This document shows, one piece after another, positions 41,455-53,550 of a stretch of 64,000 bases of DNA. A program made the position numbers and the translations under genes. Under the pieces are notes generated by a model. It worked only from the letters and a program-made list of their open reading frames with translations. It did not search any database and was not told where the DNA came from. The stretch is from assembly GCA_944383355.1 (NCBI GenBank), contig CALWPF010000004.1, forward strand, positions 5,086-69,085. The letters are read 5' to 3'. The stretch comes from an uncultured Clostridia bacterium (GTDB lineage Bacteria; Bacillota; Clostridia; Christensenellales; UBA1242). Each line of letters opens with the position of its first letter. Positions within the stretch are counted from its first letter, which is position 1.

Positions 41455-42896
41455 TATTTAGCCTCCTTAGTACTTGCCTCAAAAGCATTTGCAACTCTAA
41501 AAAGCATCTTTTCGTCAAAATGTCTACCTATTAGTTGCATTCCTATAGGCATACCTTGACTATCAACACCACATGGGATACTAATGGCTGGAACACCTGC
41601 TATATTCACAGGTACAGTAAATATATCCGATAAATACATTGAAACAGGGTCTTTGGTCTTTTCACCTAGTTTAAATGCTGTCGTAGCAGTGGTGGGCGAC
41701 ACTAAAACATCACATTTCTCAAAAGCTTCTAAGAATTCTCTTTTTATAATTTCTTGTACACGCTTTGCTTTCCTATAAAAAGCATCAAAATACCCACTAC
41801 TTAGTACATAATTACCCAACATTATACGACGTTTAACCTCTTTACCAAAGCCTTGAGTCCTAGACTGGTAATATAAATCTACTAGGTCATCATAATTATT
41901 AGCACGCTTACCGTACTTAATCCCATCAAAACGAGCCAAGTTACTAGCAGCCTCAGCACTTGAAACAATATAATAAACTGCCAGAGCTTTATCAACATTT
42001 GGTAAATCTATTTCTACACATTCGGCCCCTAATTTTTTATAGTTTTCAATTGCACCCAGCAACGCATCTCTCACCTCTACAGAAAGCTCATTGGTAAAAA
42101 ATTGTTTTGGAACACCTATTTTTATACCATTAACACCCTTATTCAAATCAGCAGTATAATCAGGAATGCTTTCCTTGCTTGCCGTCATATCATTTTGATC
42201 TTCACCAGCCAAAATATTCAATAATATTGCACTGTCTTCTACTGTTCTAGTAATAGGTCCCACTTGGTCAAGACTACTAGCAAAAGCTACTACACCATAA
42301 CGAGAAACTCGACCATAGGTTGGTTTTAGCCCTACTACTCCGCAAAAACTAGCAGGCTCTCTAATAGATCCTCCAGTGTCTGTCCCCAGCGAACCAAAGC
42401 ACTGCTTGGCTGCTACCGTACAAGCAGAACCACCGCTACTACCACCTGGAACCCTTGTTGGATCAATAGGATTTTTGCAAACCCCAAAAGCAGAGGTTTC
42501 TGTACTACTTCCCATTGCAAATTCGTCCATATTAGCTTTTGCTATGACTATTGCCCCAGCATCTACTAGTTTTTGTGCACATGTCGCAGTATATGGTGAA
42601 ACATAATTTCCCAAAAATTTACTCGAACAAGTCGTCTTAGTATTTTTTAAATTAATATTATCTTTGAGCACCAATGGTACGCCAGCTAGTGCCCCCATTT
42701 TTTCACCAGATTGACGTTTTTTATCTATCTCTTTAGCCTGTATTAAAGCCTGTTCCTTATATGTCGAATTCAAAGCATTTAATGTATCAGTACTCTCAAT
42801 TCTATCAAAACACAGTTTAACTAGTTCTTCGCTAGTAATTTTTTTAGAGGTGAGATTTTCTAGTATCTCTTTGATACTACAGTCTAGATAATTCAT
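41454..42896 (-). CDS. gatA: Asp/Glu-tRNA amidotransferase subunit A
   Basis: NMDEFAMGSS, PGGSSGGSA, DTGGSIR, SSLDQVGP amidase signature. Confidence 0.98.
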   Translation of the reverse strand: MNYLDCSIKEILENLTSKKITSEELVKLCFDRIESTDTLNALNSTYKEQALIQAKEIDKKRQSGEKMGALAGVPLVLKDNINLKNTKTTCSSKFLGNYVSPYTATCAQKLVDAGAIVIAKANMDEFAMGSSTETSAFGVCKNPIDPTRVPGGSSGGSACTVAAKQCFGSLGTDTGGSIREPASFCGVVGLKPTYGRVSRYGVVAFASSLDQVGPITRTVEDSAILLNILAGEDQNDMTASKESIPDYTADLNKGVNGIKIGVPKQFFTNELSVEVRDALLGAIENYKKLGAECVEIDLPNVDKALAVYYIVSSAEAASNLARFDGIKYGKRANNYDDLVDLYYQSRTQGFGKEVKRRIMLGNYVLSSGYFDAFYRKAKRVQEIIKREFLEAFEKCDVLVSPTTATTAFKLGEKTKDPVSMYLSDIFTVPVNIAGVPAISIPCGVDSQGMPIGMQLIGRHFDEKMLFRVANAFEASTKEAK

Positions 42897-43195
42897 TATT
42901 TACCCTCCTCTACTGTAATTGGCACCAAGAATGCTCCATCTTTTGCACTTGGTGCATTCATCAAGATATCTGTTTGAGACAATCCTTGTCGCTCAATATC
43001 TTCTTGTAACGAATCAAAATTAACTCTGTCACCACATTCTTTCAAATCAACATTAGAGGTATCAACACTATCTATAGCCTTTACTTGCTCTAATATAGAC
43101 TCAAATTCTTTTATAAATGTATGGAGTTCTTCATCGGTAAATTTTAATCTTGACAGCTTTGCCAATTTCTCCACTTCTTGTTTTTCAATAGCCAT
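42896..43195 (-). CDS. gatC: Asp/Glu-tRNA amidotransferase subunit C
   Basis: LAKLSRL, NAP..KDGAFLVP; operon position. Confidence 0.92.
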   Translation of the reverse strand: MAIEKQEVEKLAKLSRLKFTDEELHTFIKEFESILEQVKAIDSVDTSNVDLKECGDRVNFDSLQEDIERQGLSQTDILMNAPSAKDGAFLVPITVEEGK

Positions 43196-43244
43196 AATAT
43201 CTCCTTCAAATTATAAAAAAGTGTAACACACAATGCAAAATGTG

Positions 43245-45209
<1,965 letters not shown>

Positions 45210-47405
45210 CTATTTTTTAATTATTTGCAATGGTGCATAATCTAAACTTAGTACCTTTATTCCTATTGCTCCAAAATCAATTGTTATCGAACGATTGATA
45301 TTTAAAGTACTATCATCTACTACAACTCCAACACCAAATTTTGGATGCAAAACCTGTACACCATTCTTGTAAGCTGACAAATCTTTCTTTTGTTGATTGA
45401 TTTTACTTTCCAACATACTTTTAATACTTGGTGATGTATTCGTCGATTGGGTTGATGGAGTAACTGATGATGAAAAACTATAAGGTTCCCTAAACTTTGT
45501 AGAAGGCTCTATATTCCCTTCATAGCCCATCTCCACCAAAAATCTACTGATCTCTTGGTTTTTTATTTGATTATAAAGATATCTTCGTTTTGCTCTAGTC
45601 AAATATAAGCGCTCCTTAGCACGTGTAATCGCAACATAAGCCAAACGTCTCTCTTCCTCGATATCACTTGGTCGATCACCCGATCTAATAATTGGGAAGA
45701 TGCCCTCTTCCATAGCCACAACGAAAACGCATTTAAATTCTAGCCCCTTGACAGCATGAATGGTGCTCACCAAAACATTAGAATCATCACTTACCGTGTC
45801 AATATCACTAATTAATGTAATAGACTCCAAATACTCTGATAAGGTACTATCTGGATTCAGTTTTTCGTAGTCTTGCACTGAAGACAAAAATTGATCAATA
45901 TTTTGTAGTTTATTGTAATCTTCTTCATTTTGTAGATTGTACTGTGATCTAATATTCGTAACATCAATTATGTACTTAACAAATTCAGCAATGCCCATAG
46001 TAGCAGATGCCTTATATAGTTTTTGATAAACATCTCTAAATAATGATAATTTCTTCTTTGTAGATGTTGAAAAGTCGTATTTATCAAAATCTCGAATAAC
46101 TGATAACAAGCTACCTCCCAAGGCTTTTTGCCTTAGTTCTTCGATCGTACTTTCCCCTATACCTCTTTTAGGTACATTTATTATTCTGGTTATACTCTCG
46201 TTATCCAAAGGATTAACTATAGACCTTATGTACGCAATTATGTTTTTTATTTCTTGTCGCTCAAAAAACTTAAAACCACCTAACATTTTATAAGGTATAT
46301 TGTATTGCATCATATATTCCTCAAACAATCTTGATGGTGCGGAATACCTCATCAAGATAACAATATCAGAATAACTATAGCCCAATTCCCTAACTAAATT
46401 ACTTATGGTGCGGACAACAAACTCAGCCTCTTGTCTATCGCTCTCACCCACATAGTACACTACATCAGCACCCGATTCGTTTTCTGTCCACAAAGTTTTC
46501 TTAAGTCTCTGTAAATTATTAGAAATCACTAGATTAGCCTTTTCTAATATCTTTTTCGTAGAACGATAATTTTGTTCAAGTTTAAAAATCTGCACATTTT
46601 GAAAATCATGTTGAAAATTAACAATATTTTTAATATCAGCCCCACGCCAGCCGTATATACACTGATCCTCATCTCCTACTACAAAGATGTTGCCCCACTT
46701 AGCAGCAAGCAATTTCACTATATCATACTGCACAGCATTGGTATCTTGAAACTCATCTACATGAATATATCTAAATCTCTCTTGATATTTGTGTAACACA
46801 TCTGGATATTTGGTAAATAACTCATAACATTTCAACAACAAATCATCAAAATCAAGTGCATTGCTTGCTTGCAGTGCTGAGTTGTACCTTTTATAAACAG
46901 ATATAACTAAATCTTCATCAATTAAATTGGTCTGACTGTTAACATAATCTTCTATAGAAATGTTCTGGTTTTTTACATTTGATATATGGTATTCAATTGA
47001 TTTCTTCAATTCATCTTCAATGTTAAGATCAGTATAAATTTCCTTTAGTACTCTATTTCTTTCTGTATCACCATAAATACTGAATTTACTATTATATCCA
47101 GATAAATTGTGTATATCTCTGCGCAAAATATTTACACATAGTGAGTGAAAAGTGGAAACCCATATCTTATCTCCGTCTTGCACCATTTTGTAAACTCTGT
47201 CACGCATTTCTCTTGCGGCCTTATTGGTAAAAGTAATAGCTAAGATATTGTATGGAGAAACATTTTTTTCTTTTATCAAATAAGCTATCCTATGTGTCAA
47301 CAACCTAGTTTTACCACTACCGGCTCCGGCTGTTACTAAAACAGCACCTTCAGTAGCCAAAACTGGAGGACACTGCTCTTGATTTAATTCATCAATTATG
47401 CTCAA
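45210..47405 (-). CDS. pcrA: ATP-dependent DNA helicase PcrA/UvrD
   Basis: AGAGSGKT, VDEFQDTN, QNYRS, KGLEF, EERRLAYVAITRA; start placed at TTG behind GAGGGG RBS. Confidence 0.96.
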   Translation of the reverse strand: MSIIDELNQEQCPPVLATEGAVLVTAGAGSGKTRLLTHRIAYLIKEKNVSPYNILAITFTNKAAREMRDRVYKMVQDGDKIWVSTFHSLCVNILRRDIHNLSGYNSKFSIYGDTERNRVLKEIYTDLNIEDELKKSIEYHISNVKNQNISIEDYVNSQTNLIDEDLVISVYKRYNSALQASNALDFDDLLLKCYELFTKYPDVLHKYQERFRYIHVDEFQDTNAVQYDIVKLLAAKWGNIFVVGDEDQCIYGWRGADIKNIVNFQHDFQNVQIFKLEQNYRSTKKILEKANLVISNNLQRLKKTLWTENESGADVVYYVGESDRQEAEFVVRTISNLVRELGYSYSDIVILMRYSAPSRLFEEYMMQYNIPYKMLGGFKFFERQEIKNIIAYIRSIVNPLDNESITRIINVPKRGIGESTIEELRQKALGGSLLSVIRDFDKYDFSTSTKKKLSLFRDVYQKLYKASATMGIAEFVKYIIDVTNIRSQYNLQNEEDYNKLQNIDQFLSSVQDYEKLNPDSTLSEYLESITLISDIDTVSDDSNVLVSTIHAVKGLEFKCVFVVAMEEGIFPIIRSGDRPSDIEEERRLAYVAITRAKERLYLTRAKRRYLYNQIKNQEISRFLVEMGYEGNIEPSTKFREPYSFSSSVTPSTQSTNTSPSIKSMLESKINQQKKDLSAYKNGVQVLHPKFGVGVVVDDSTLNINRSITIDFGAIGIKVLSLDYAPLQIIKK

Positions 47406-47460
47406 TTTAAACCCCTCACATTTACTACAGTATGATAGCAATTTTTCCACATTTTGACAA

Positions 47461-47485
47461 GCAAAAAAGGTGCAAAAGCACCTTT
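47461..47485 (-). terminator. Terminator after the 142-aa gene
   Basis: AAAAGGTGC-AAAA-GCACCTTTT. Confidence 0.75.
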
Positions 47486-47502
47486 TAAATATTTAATATA
47501 AA

Positions 47503-47931
47503 TTAATACTGACTTTGCTTTAAATTGTTTCTATGTTCTCTTTCATTGTAATAACGATTTTGCAATTCATTATATTTTGTAGACAATTTCAATAAATACA
47601 ATTGCTTTTCGCTGTCACTCAATTTGTCATATACAGAATGATCTATTAACCTACTAATAGGATTCAAAACAAATGTATCTTGATTCAATAACCTACATAC
47701 TTTTTTATACAAAACGGCATCTTCATCTGGAGCATTTAATTCAGTCAAATCTCTCTTTATCTTCCTAGCATATGCCTCATTCATTTTTTGAATATCTTTA
47801 CCACTTGTATGAGATATAAATTTTTCTCTTTCTTGTCGAATATCATTCCAATAACCAGATACCAATCTCTTTTTAGCTAATTTTGCACTTGCCTTTATAC
47901 TAAAACTAGCATCTTGTACCATATCATTCAC
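47503..47931 (-). CDS. Hypothetical protein (142 aa)
   Basis: AGGAGGGG RBS, TTGCCT-17-TATTAT promoter (47954-47982), own terminator. Confidence 0.8.
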   Translation of the reverse strand: MNDMVQDASFSIKASAKLAKKRLVSGYWNDIRQEREKFISHTSGKDIQKMNEAYARKIKRDLTELNAPDEDAVLYKKVCRLLNQDTFVLNPISRLIDHSVYDKLSDSEKQLYLLKLSTKYNELQNRYYNEREHRNNLKQSQY

Positions 47932-48006
47932 CCCTCCTAAATTTATCTACTTAATAATATAATAAAGTAAATAATTAGGCAAACAAAGTAGGACTATGAG
48001 TAAATA

Positions 48007-48013
48007 TTCGACA
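48007..48013 (-). promoter_or_regulatory. Possible Spo0A box
   Basis: TGTCGAA, exact TGNCGAA match 25 nt upstream of the -35 of the 142-aa gene. Confidence 0.35.
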
Positions 48014-48090
48014 TAAGTTGTCATTTTTCGAAATACGCACAACAAAAAACAGTGCCACAAGCACTGTCCAACAAACCGATTCATCTATCA

Positions 48091-48438
48091 TTATCGAGCA
48101 ATGTTTTCTTTTACCTTTGCTCGCTTACCTGACAACTTCCTCACATAGTATAGTTTTGCACGACGAACTTTACCTTTTCGTACGACATCTATATGATCAA
48201 TCCTAGGAGAGTGAACAGGGAAAGTCCTCTCAACACCTACACCAAAACTGATACGACGCACAGTAAAAGTCTCTCTAATACTACCATTCTTACGTGCAAT
48301 TACTACACCCTCAAAAGCCTGCAAACGCTCTTTGTCACCCTCAACAACTTTAACGAAAACACGTACTGTGTCGCCGATGTTAAAACTGCCAGCGTTCTCT
48401 TTTAGCCCTTCTTTCTCCAAAGTAGTAATCATGTTCAT
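48091..48438 (-). CDS. rplS: 50S ribosomal protein L19
   Basis: [37 protein letters not shown]. Confidence 0.98.
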   Translation of the reverse strand: MNMITTLEKEGLKENAGSFNIGDTVRVFVKVVEGDKERLQAFEGVVIARKNGSIRETFTVRRISFGVGVERTFPVHSPRIDHIDVVRKGKVRRAKLYYVRKLSGKRAKVKENIAR

Positions 48439-48465
48439 AATAGCTTATACCTCCATAAAATTAGT

Positions 48466-48510
48466 CGAATGTTCATAAGTCAAATCTTACAAACTTAGCG
48501 GACCATCCGA
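48466..48510 (-). promoter_or_regulatory. L19 leader (ribosomal protein autoregulatory RNA)
   Basis: GATGGTCCGCT...ATGAACATTCG matches the Firmicute L19-leader pattern, upstream of rplS RBS. Confidence 0.7.
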
Positions 48511-48581
48511 AGCTATGTTGTTAGTTTACCATAAATAAAGTATTTTTGCAATACATTTTAGACAATTTATGAGACCAATTT

Positions 48582-48932
48582 CTAATCTCCAATATGCCAA
48601 GCATCCTCTATGACATTCACCTTATCACCCAAAATTGATACGACATCAAATCGAGCTTTTTTATCATTCAAATTGTTGATATTCATATAATATGACGCTA
48701 GTTGCTCTATTTTATGCCTTTTACTATAAGAAACGGCTTCAAAGGGCTCTCCAAACTGCGTATTACTACGTGTCTTAACCTCAATAAAAACCAGATATCC
48801 GTTGTGATTAGCTATTATATCTAATTCACCTATAGGACATGAGTAATTACATTCTAAAAGTTTATACCCTTTCTTTTTTAGAACTTTTTGAGCTAACTTT
48901 TCGCCCCAATTCCCTAACAACTTATTATCCAT
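48582..48932 (-). CDS. YraN family (UPF0102) endonuclease-like protein
   Basis: GNWGEKLA, GELDIIA, FIEVKTR, RFDVV. Confidence 0.92.
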   Translation of the reverse strand: MDNKLLGNWGEKLAQKVLKKKGYKLLECNYSCPIGELDIIANHNGYLVFIEVKTRSNTQFGEPFEAVSYSKRHKIEQLASYYMNINNLNDKKARFDVVSILGDKVNVIEDAWHIGD

Positions 48933-48934
48933 TG

Positions 48935-49537
48935 TTAATCACTCACAAAATTTTTTATAAAACTTTCTCTATGTATCGGACATTTACCATATTTTTTTAA
49001 TAATTCAATATGTTCCTTGGTACCATACCCCTTGTGTTTAGCGAATCTATATTGAGGATATATCTTGTCATAATCCTGCATTAATCTGTCTCTTGTTACT
49101 TTCGCCAATATTGATGCAGCAGCAATACTGTATGATAAAGCATCTCCGTGAATAATTGGTACACTATCAATAGATATATCTAAATCTTTTACAGCATCTA
49201 CCAATACAATGTCTGGAGTCACCACTAAACCATTAATACATTGAGCCATACCACGTTTGGTGGCTTGCAAAATATTGATAGTATCTATAATATTATTGTC
49301 TATAACAGACACATTATATGCAATTGCTTTTTGTATTATCTCTTCATATAAGTAATCCCGTTTTTTAGGAGACAACTTTTTGCTATCATCTACACCCTTA
49401 ATTATTGATTCCTCATCTAGCGGCATGATTACACAAGCACACACTACAGGACCAGCCAAAGGACCTCGCCCTGCCTCATCTACTCCAGCTATGAGTTTTT
49501 TCCCTAAGCTAGTATATTTTGTCTCATACTCAAACAC
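48935..49537 (-). CDS. rnhB: Ribonuclease HII
   Basis: GVDEAGRGPLAGPV, DSKKLS, SIAAASILAKVTRD, HKGYGT. Confidence 0.97.
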   Translation of the reverse strand: MFEYETKYTSLGKKLIAGVDEAGRGPLAGPVVCACVIMPLDEESIIKGVDDSKKLSPKKRDYLYEEIIQKAIAYNVSVIDNNIIDTINILQATKRGMAQCINGLVVTPDIVLVDAVKDLDISIDSVPIIHGDALSYSIAAASILAKVTRDRLMQDYDKIYPQYRFAKHKGYGTKEHIELLKKYGKCPIHRESFIKNFVSD

Positions 49538-49540
49538 AAC

Positions 49541-50425
49541 TTACTCCATTACTATTTTTTCATAATTATCTAAGGTAATTCTTCCTATTCTACACTTTCG
49601 GAAATCATCCAAAATCGCTCTTGCCCCCCTTTCATAGTCAAAATCCCCAGACAAAAAGAATTTTCTTCTTTCACAAATTGCTTGCAAGCACTCTAATGCA
49701 CTACATTTAGAAATAGTATCATAATCCAAATTATAACGACTACAAAATTCTTGTGGATATTCATCAACTATTTTGGTTATAAAATCTAATGATAAACTTT
49801 GTATATCCAAGACTTCATCACGTATACTGTTGATATATGCCAAATTATTAGCAACTTCTTTATTACTAATAGCAGGCCACAAAGTACCAGGAGTATCAAG
49901 TAATTCTATACCTCCTGCTATCTTTACCCATTGTGTTGTTCTAGTTACACTTGGTCTATTACCCGTAATAGCTTTGTATTTTCCACACAAATTATTAATC
50001 AATGTACTTTTACCGCAGTTCGGGACCCCTATTACCATTGCTCGCAGTGGTAATTTTACGCCTTTAATTTTGTTTCGCTCCAATTTATTACTCAATAATT
50101 TTTCGATTCCCGCGACTATTTGCTTACTAGATTTGGTCATTGTTGAGTTTAAGGCTATTGCTAAATTAGTGCCATTATTAAAATATTGTACCCATAGACG
50201 AGTTTCTTTATCATCTGCCAAATCTGACTTATTTAAAACAAAGATAACTGGCTTGTTCCCAATTATATCCTTAAAATTGGGGTTAAGACAACTATATGGA
50301 GCTCTTGCATCAAGCACATAAATAACCAAGTCTACTGACTTTACATTCCCTTCCATCTCCCGTAAAGCTTTAGTCATATGACCAGGAAACCAATTGATAC
50401 TGCTTTTATCATTAACGTTATCCAT
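49541..50425 (-). CDS. rbgA: Ribosome biogenesis GTPase RbgA/YlqF
   Basis: INWFPGHM, DARAP, NKSD, GVPNCGKS, LLDTPG. Confidence 0.96.
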   Translation of the reverse strand: MDNVNDKSSINWFPGHMTKALREMEGNVKSVDLVIYVLDARAPYSCLNPNFKDIIGNKPVIFVLNKSDLADDKETRLWVQYFNNGTNLAIALNSTMTKSSKQIVAGIEKLLSNKLERNKIKGVKLPLRAMVIGVPNCGKSTLINNLCGKYKAITGNRPSVTRTTQWVKIAGGIELLDTPGTLWPAISNKEVANNLAYINSIRDEVLDIQSLSLDFITKIVDEYPQEFCSRYNLDYDTISKCSALECLQAICERRKFFLSGDFDYERGARAILDDFRKCRIGRITLDNYEKIVME

Positions 50426-50535
50426 ACAATCCTCCTATTAACCTGCAAAGAAGTATTTACCATAAATTTGAATAAATTTTTTGAATTTAATAATAACCAA
50501 TATATATGCTACAGCCTAAAAGTGAACACAACCTA

Positions 50536-51204
50536 TTAATCCTTGCACATATCAGGTCTTCTCTGCTTAGTCAATTCTCTACTCTGCTCCTCTCTCCACT
50601 TTGCAATCTCCGCATGGTTGCCACTAATCAATACATCTGGAACTTTTAGCCCCCTAAAATCTTGTGGCCTAGTGTACTGAGGATACTCCAGTAGATTGTT
50701 TTCAAAACTATCATGTTTTGCAGAATCAATATTCCCCAAAACACCAGGAATAAACCTAGATATAGCGTCAACAAAAACCATTGCAGGCAATTCACCACCA
50801 GTGACTACATAATCACCAATGCTTATTTCAGCATCTACAAATACATCTATAACTCTCTGATCCACTCCTTCGTAATGACCACAAATTATTATCAGATGCT
50901 CAAAAGTTGAAAAATCTTTAACAATTTTTTGCGTTAATGTCTTACCTTTAGGCGACATATAAATAATATAACTGTTATCTTTTTTAACAGATTCAATAGC
51001 ATCAAATAATGGTTGAGGCGTCATCAGCAACCCTTCACCGCCCCCAAAGATATAATCGTCACACTTGTGGTGTTTATCTAAACTAAAATCTCTAATATTT
51101 ATTAAATTTATTTCAAGACAATGTTTATCTCGGGCTTTACCTATGATACTTTCTTTTAGTGGTACAAACATTTCTGGAAACAAAGTTAGTATATCAATCT
51201 TCAT
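50536..51204 (-). CDS. trmD: tRNA (guanine-N1)-methyltransferase
   Basis: MKIDILTLFPEM, CGHYEGVDQR, SIGDYV, LLEYPQYTRP. Confidence 0.97.
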   Translation of the reverse strand: MKIDILTLFPEMFVPLKESIIGKARDKHCLEINLINIRDFSLDKHHKCDDYIFGGGEGLLMTPQPLFDAIESVKKDNSYIIYMSPKGKTLTQKIVKDFSTFEHLIIICGHYEGVDQRVIDVFVDAEISIGDYVVTGGELPAMVFVDAISRFIPGVLGNIDSAKHDSFENNLLEYPQYTRPQDFRGLKVPDVLISGNHAEIAKWREEQSRELTKQRRPDMCKD

Positions 51205-51706
51205 ACTTTGTAACCTCATCAAACTTCTTGCTATTTACTGTTAATCTCGCATATTCTAAATCTATTTCTGTAAACAGATCCAACAGGAACGGACACAGTA
51301 TCTCTTCTGTGCCGTTTTTGATTACCAAAATACTACTTGCTCCATAATCGTTTATATCAACTATTCTACCTATCTTTTTTCCTTTTTCATCTAACAATAT
51401 GCATCCGATTAAGTCATCGGTATAAAACTCATTTACATCTAGAGGAGGCATTTGGTCACGAGGAAAAGAAATAATACCGTCCCTCAATTGCTCTGCCGCA
51501 TCTCTGTTATCCACGCCTTTTAATTTTATGTAGAGATAACCTAGTCTAAACGAACAATATTCTATCTCATACTTACGATTATTAATTAATAGAAATTTTT
51601 CTTTCGTCAGAAAATGTACATCTCTTTCATTCAAAAACGCCTGTGCTTTTATCTCACCTTTGATTCCCTGTGGTTTTAAAACTTTTGCTATTTCTATGTT
51701 ATCCAA
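51194..51706 (-). CDS. rimM: Ribosome maturation factor RimM
   Basis: KPQGIKGEIK, EFYTDDLIG, DYGASS; upstream of trmD. Confidence 0.93.
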   Translation of the reverse strand: MDNIEIAKVLKPQGIKGEIKAQAFLNERDVHFLTKEKFLLINNRKYEIEYCSFRLGYLYIKLKGVDNRDAAEQLRDGIISFPRDQMPPLDVNEFYTDDLIGCILLDEKGKKIGRIVDINDYGASSILVIKNGTEEILCPFLLDLFTEIDLEYARLTVNSKKFDEVTKYED

Positions 51707-51777
51707 TACGATTACTCCTTTAAAACAAGAGAGGGTTCACAGGCCCTCCCATTGTTTGTAATAAAATATAAATAGAA

Positions 51778-52161
51778 CTAAGCAACTGAATTTTCTTCAT
51801 TTGACTCAGTTGCAGTACTTTGTTGTTCTCCGCCCTCAACGACCTGAGCCTCCTCGGCTGAAGCCTCTTTTTTTGCTGGAGGCATTTTCTTTGGCAATGG
51901 CGCTCTAAAAGGCTTTGCTGCAATTATGCCCTCTTTTATTAATAATTCCTTAGCCGTATCTGTAGGAGTCGCACCACAACCCAACCAGTATTCCACTCTT
52001 TCCTTGTTTAAATCAATCTTTGCAGGGGTTACCAATGGATTATATGTTCCTAAATTTTCTATATATTTACCGTCCCTTGCTGTACGGCTGTCTGCTGCCA
52101 CCAACCTATAAAAAGGTGACTTTTTATCTCCCATTCTAGTTAATCTAATCTTTACTGCCAT
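51778..52161 (-). CDS. rpsP: 30S ribosomal protein S16 with C-terminal extension
   Basis: [32 protein letters not shown]. Confidence 0.97.
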   Translation of the reverse strand: MAVKIRLTRMGDKKSPFYRLVAADSRTARDGKYIENLGTYNPLVTPAKIDLNKERVEYWLGCGATPTDTAKELLIKEGIIAAKPFRAPLPKKMPPAKKEASAEEAQVVEGGEQQSTATESNEENSVA

Positions 52162-52263
52162 TTTTGTTCTCCTTTAAATTAATTATATGTAATCGCATGT
52201 ATTGCGTTATTACCTGTGTTAGAATAATGGAAACCTTTGTTTCTTTTTACCTCTTGCACCATA

Positions 52264-53541
52264 TTACCTCATCATTTCCTTTGATTGAGCAAATTGTTTC
52301 AATAAGGTATTGACATCTTGGATATTTGTACCGCTCCCCATAGCAATCCGCTTTTTCTGACTAGCCTTAATAATATCTGGATTCTGCCTTTCTGCACGAG
52401 TCATTGATTGAATTATTGCCTTATTCCTAGCCATTTCACGAGGATTAATTGACACGTTGCCCAACTTCTTTTTGGCACCTGGTATCATTTCCAATAGTTG
52501 ATTAATATCTCCCATCTTGTCAATATTGTCATATTGAGCTAAAAAATCTTCCAGCGTAAAAGAATTTTCTCTCATCGTCTTTTGTAAACGCATCATTTCT
52601 TTCTCATCTACAGCAGACTGAGCCTTTTCAATCAAAGTTAAGACATCTCCCATACCAAGGATCCTAGAAGCCATCCTCTCTGGATGGAATGCCTCGATGT
52701 CTCCCAATTTTTCACCTATTCCACAAAACTTGATAGGTTTACCTGTTACTGCCTTTACTGATAAAGCAACTCCGCCTCTAGTATCGCCATCAAGTTTAGT
52801 GACAACTATACCAGTTACATCTAATTGATCGTTAAACTCCTTGGCAACCGTAACACTATCTTGTCCTATCATAGCATCAATAGTAAACAAGATTTCATTG
52901 GGCTTAACTTTCTCTTTTATACGCTGCAATTCTTGCATCATTTCACCGTCTATATGCAATCTACCAGCAGTATCCAAGATAACTACATCATAATTTTGTT
53001 TCTTTGCGTGCTCAATAGCCTCTAATGCTGTACTAACAGGATCTTGTTTGCCATGTTCATAAACTTCTACATTGGCTTGTTTACCCACTATCTTTAGCTG
53101 TTCAATAGCTGCATTACGATAAATATCACACGCTACTAATAGAGGTCTCTTACCTTGTGTTTTTAAATAATTGGCTAGTTTCCCACAAAATGTAGTCTTA
53201 CCTGCTCCCTGCAAACCACACATCATAATGACCGCTGGCGGGGTACCAGATAAATCTAGCTTGCTCTGGGTATTGCCCATCATGGAGATCAACTCTTCAT
53301 TAACAATTTTGATAACTTGTTGACCAGGTGTTAAACTCTCCAAAATTTTTTCACCTTTAGCCTTTTCACTCACATCAGCTACAAATTTTTTAGCAACTGC
53401 AAAGTTAACATCAGCCTCCAGTAAAGCTACCCGTATCTCACGCATAGCGTTATTTACCTCTAGCTCCGTCAATTTGCCACGCTGAGTGATTTTGCTAAAT
53501 ATGTGATTTAATCTTTCTGATAAACTACCAAACATTGCCAT
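52264..53541 (-). CDS. ffh: Signal recognition particle protein Ffh (terminal 14 codons lie beyond an in-frame TAA)
   Basis: GLQGAGKTT, DTAGR, TKLDGD, RILGMGD, RIAMGSG. Confidence 0.97.
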   Translation of the reverse strand: MAMFGSLSERLNHIFSKITQRGKLTELEVNNAMREIRVALLEADVNFAVAKKFVADVSEKAKGEKILESLTPGQQVIKIVNEELISMMGNTQSKLDLSGTPPAVIMMCGLQGAGKTTFCGKLANYLKTQGKRPLLVACDIYRNAAIEQLKIVGKQANVEVYEHGKQDPVSTALEAIEHAKKQNYDVVILDTAGRLHIDGEMMQELQRIKEKVKPNEILFTIDAMIGQDSVTVAKEFNDQLDVTGIVVTKLDGDTRGGVALSVKAVTGKPIKFCGIGEKLGDIEAFHPERMASRILGMGDVLTLIEKAQSAVDEKEMMRLQKTMRENSFTLEDFLAQYDNIDKMGDINQLLEMIPGAKKKLGNVSINPREMARNKAIIQSMTRAERQNPDIIKASQKKRIAMGSGTNIQDVNTLLKQFAQSKEMMR

Positions 53542-53550
53542 GGTTATATA

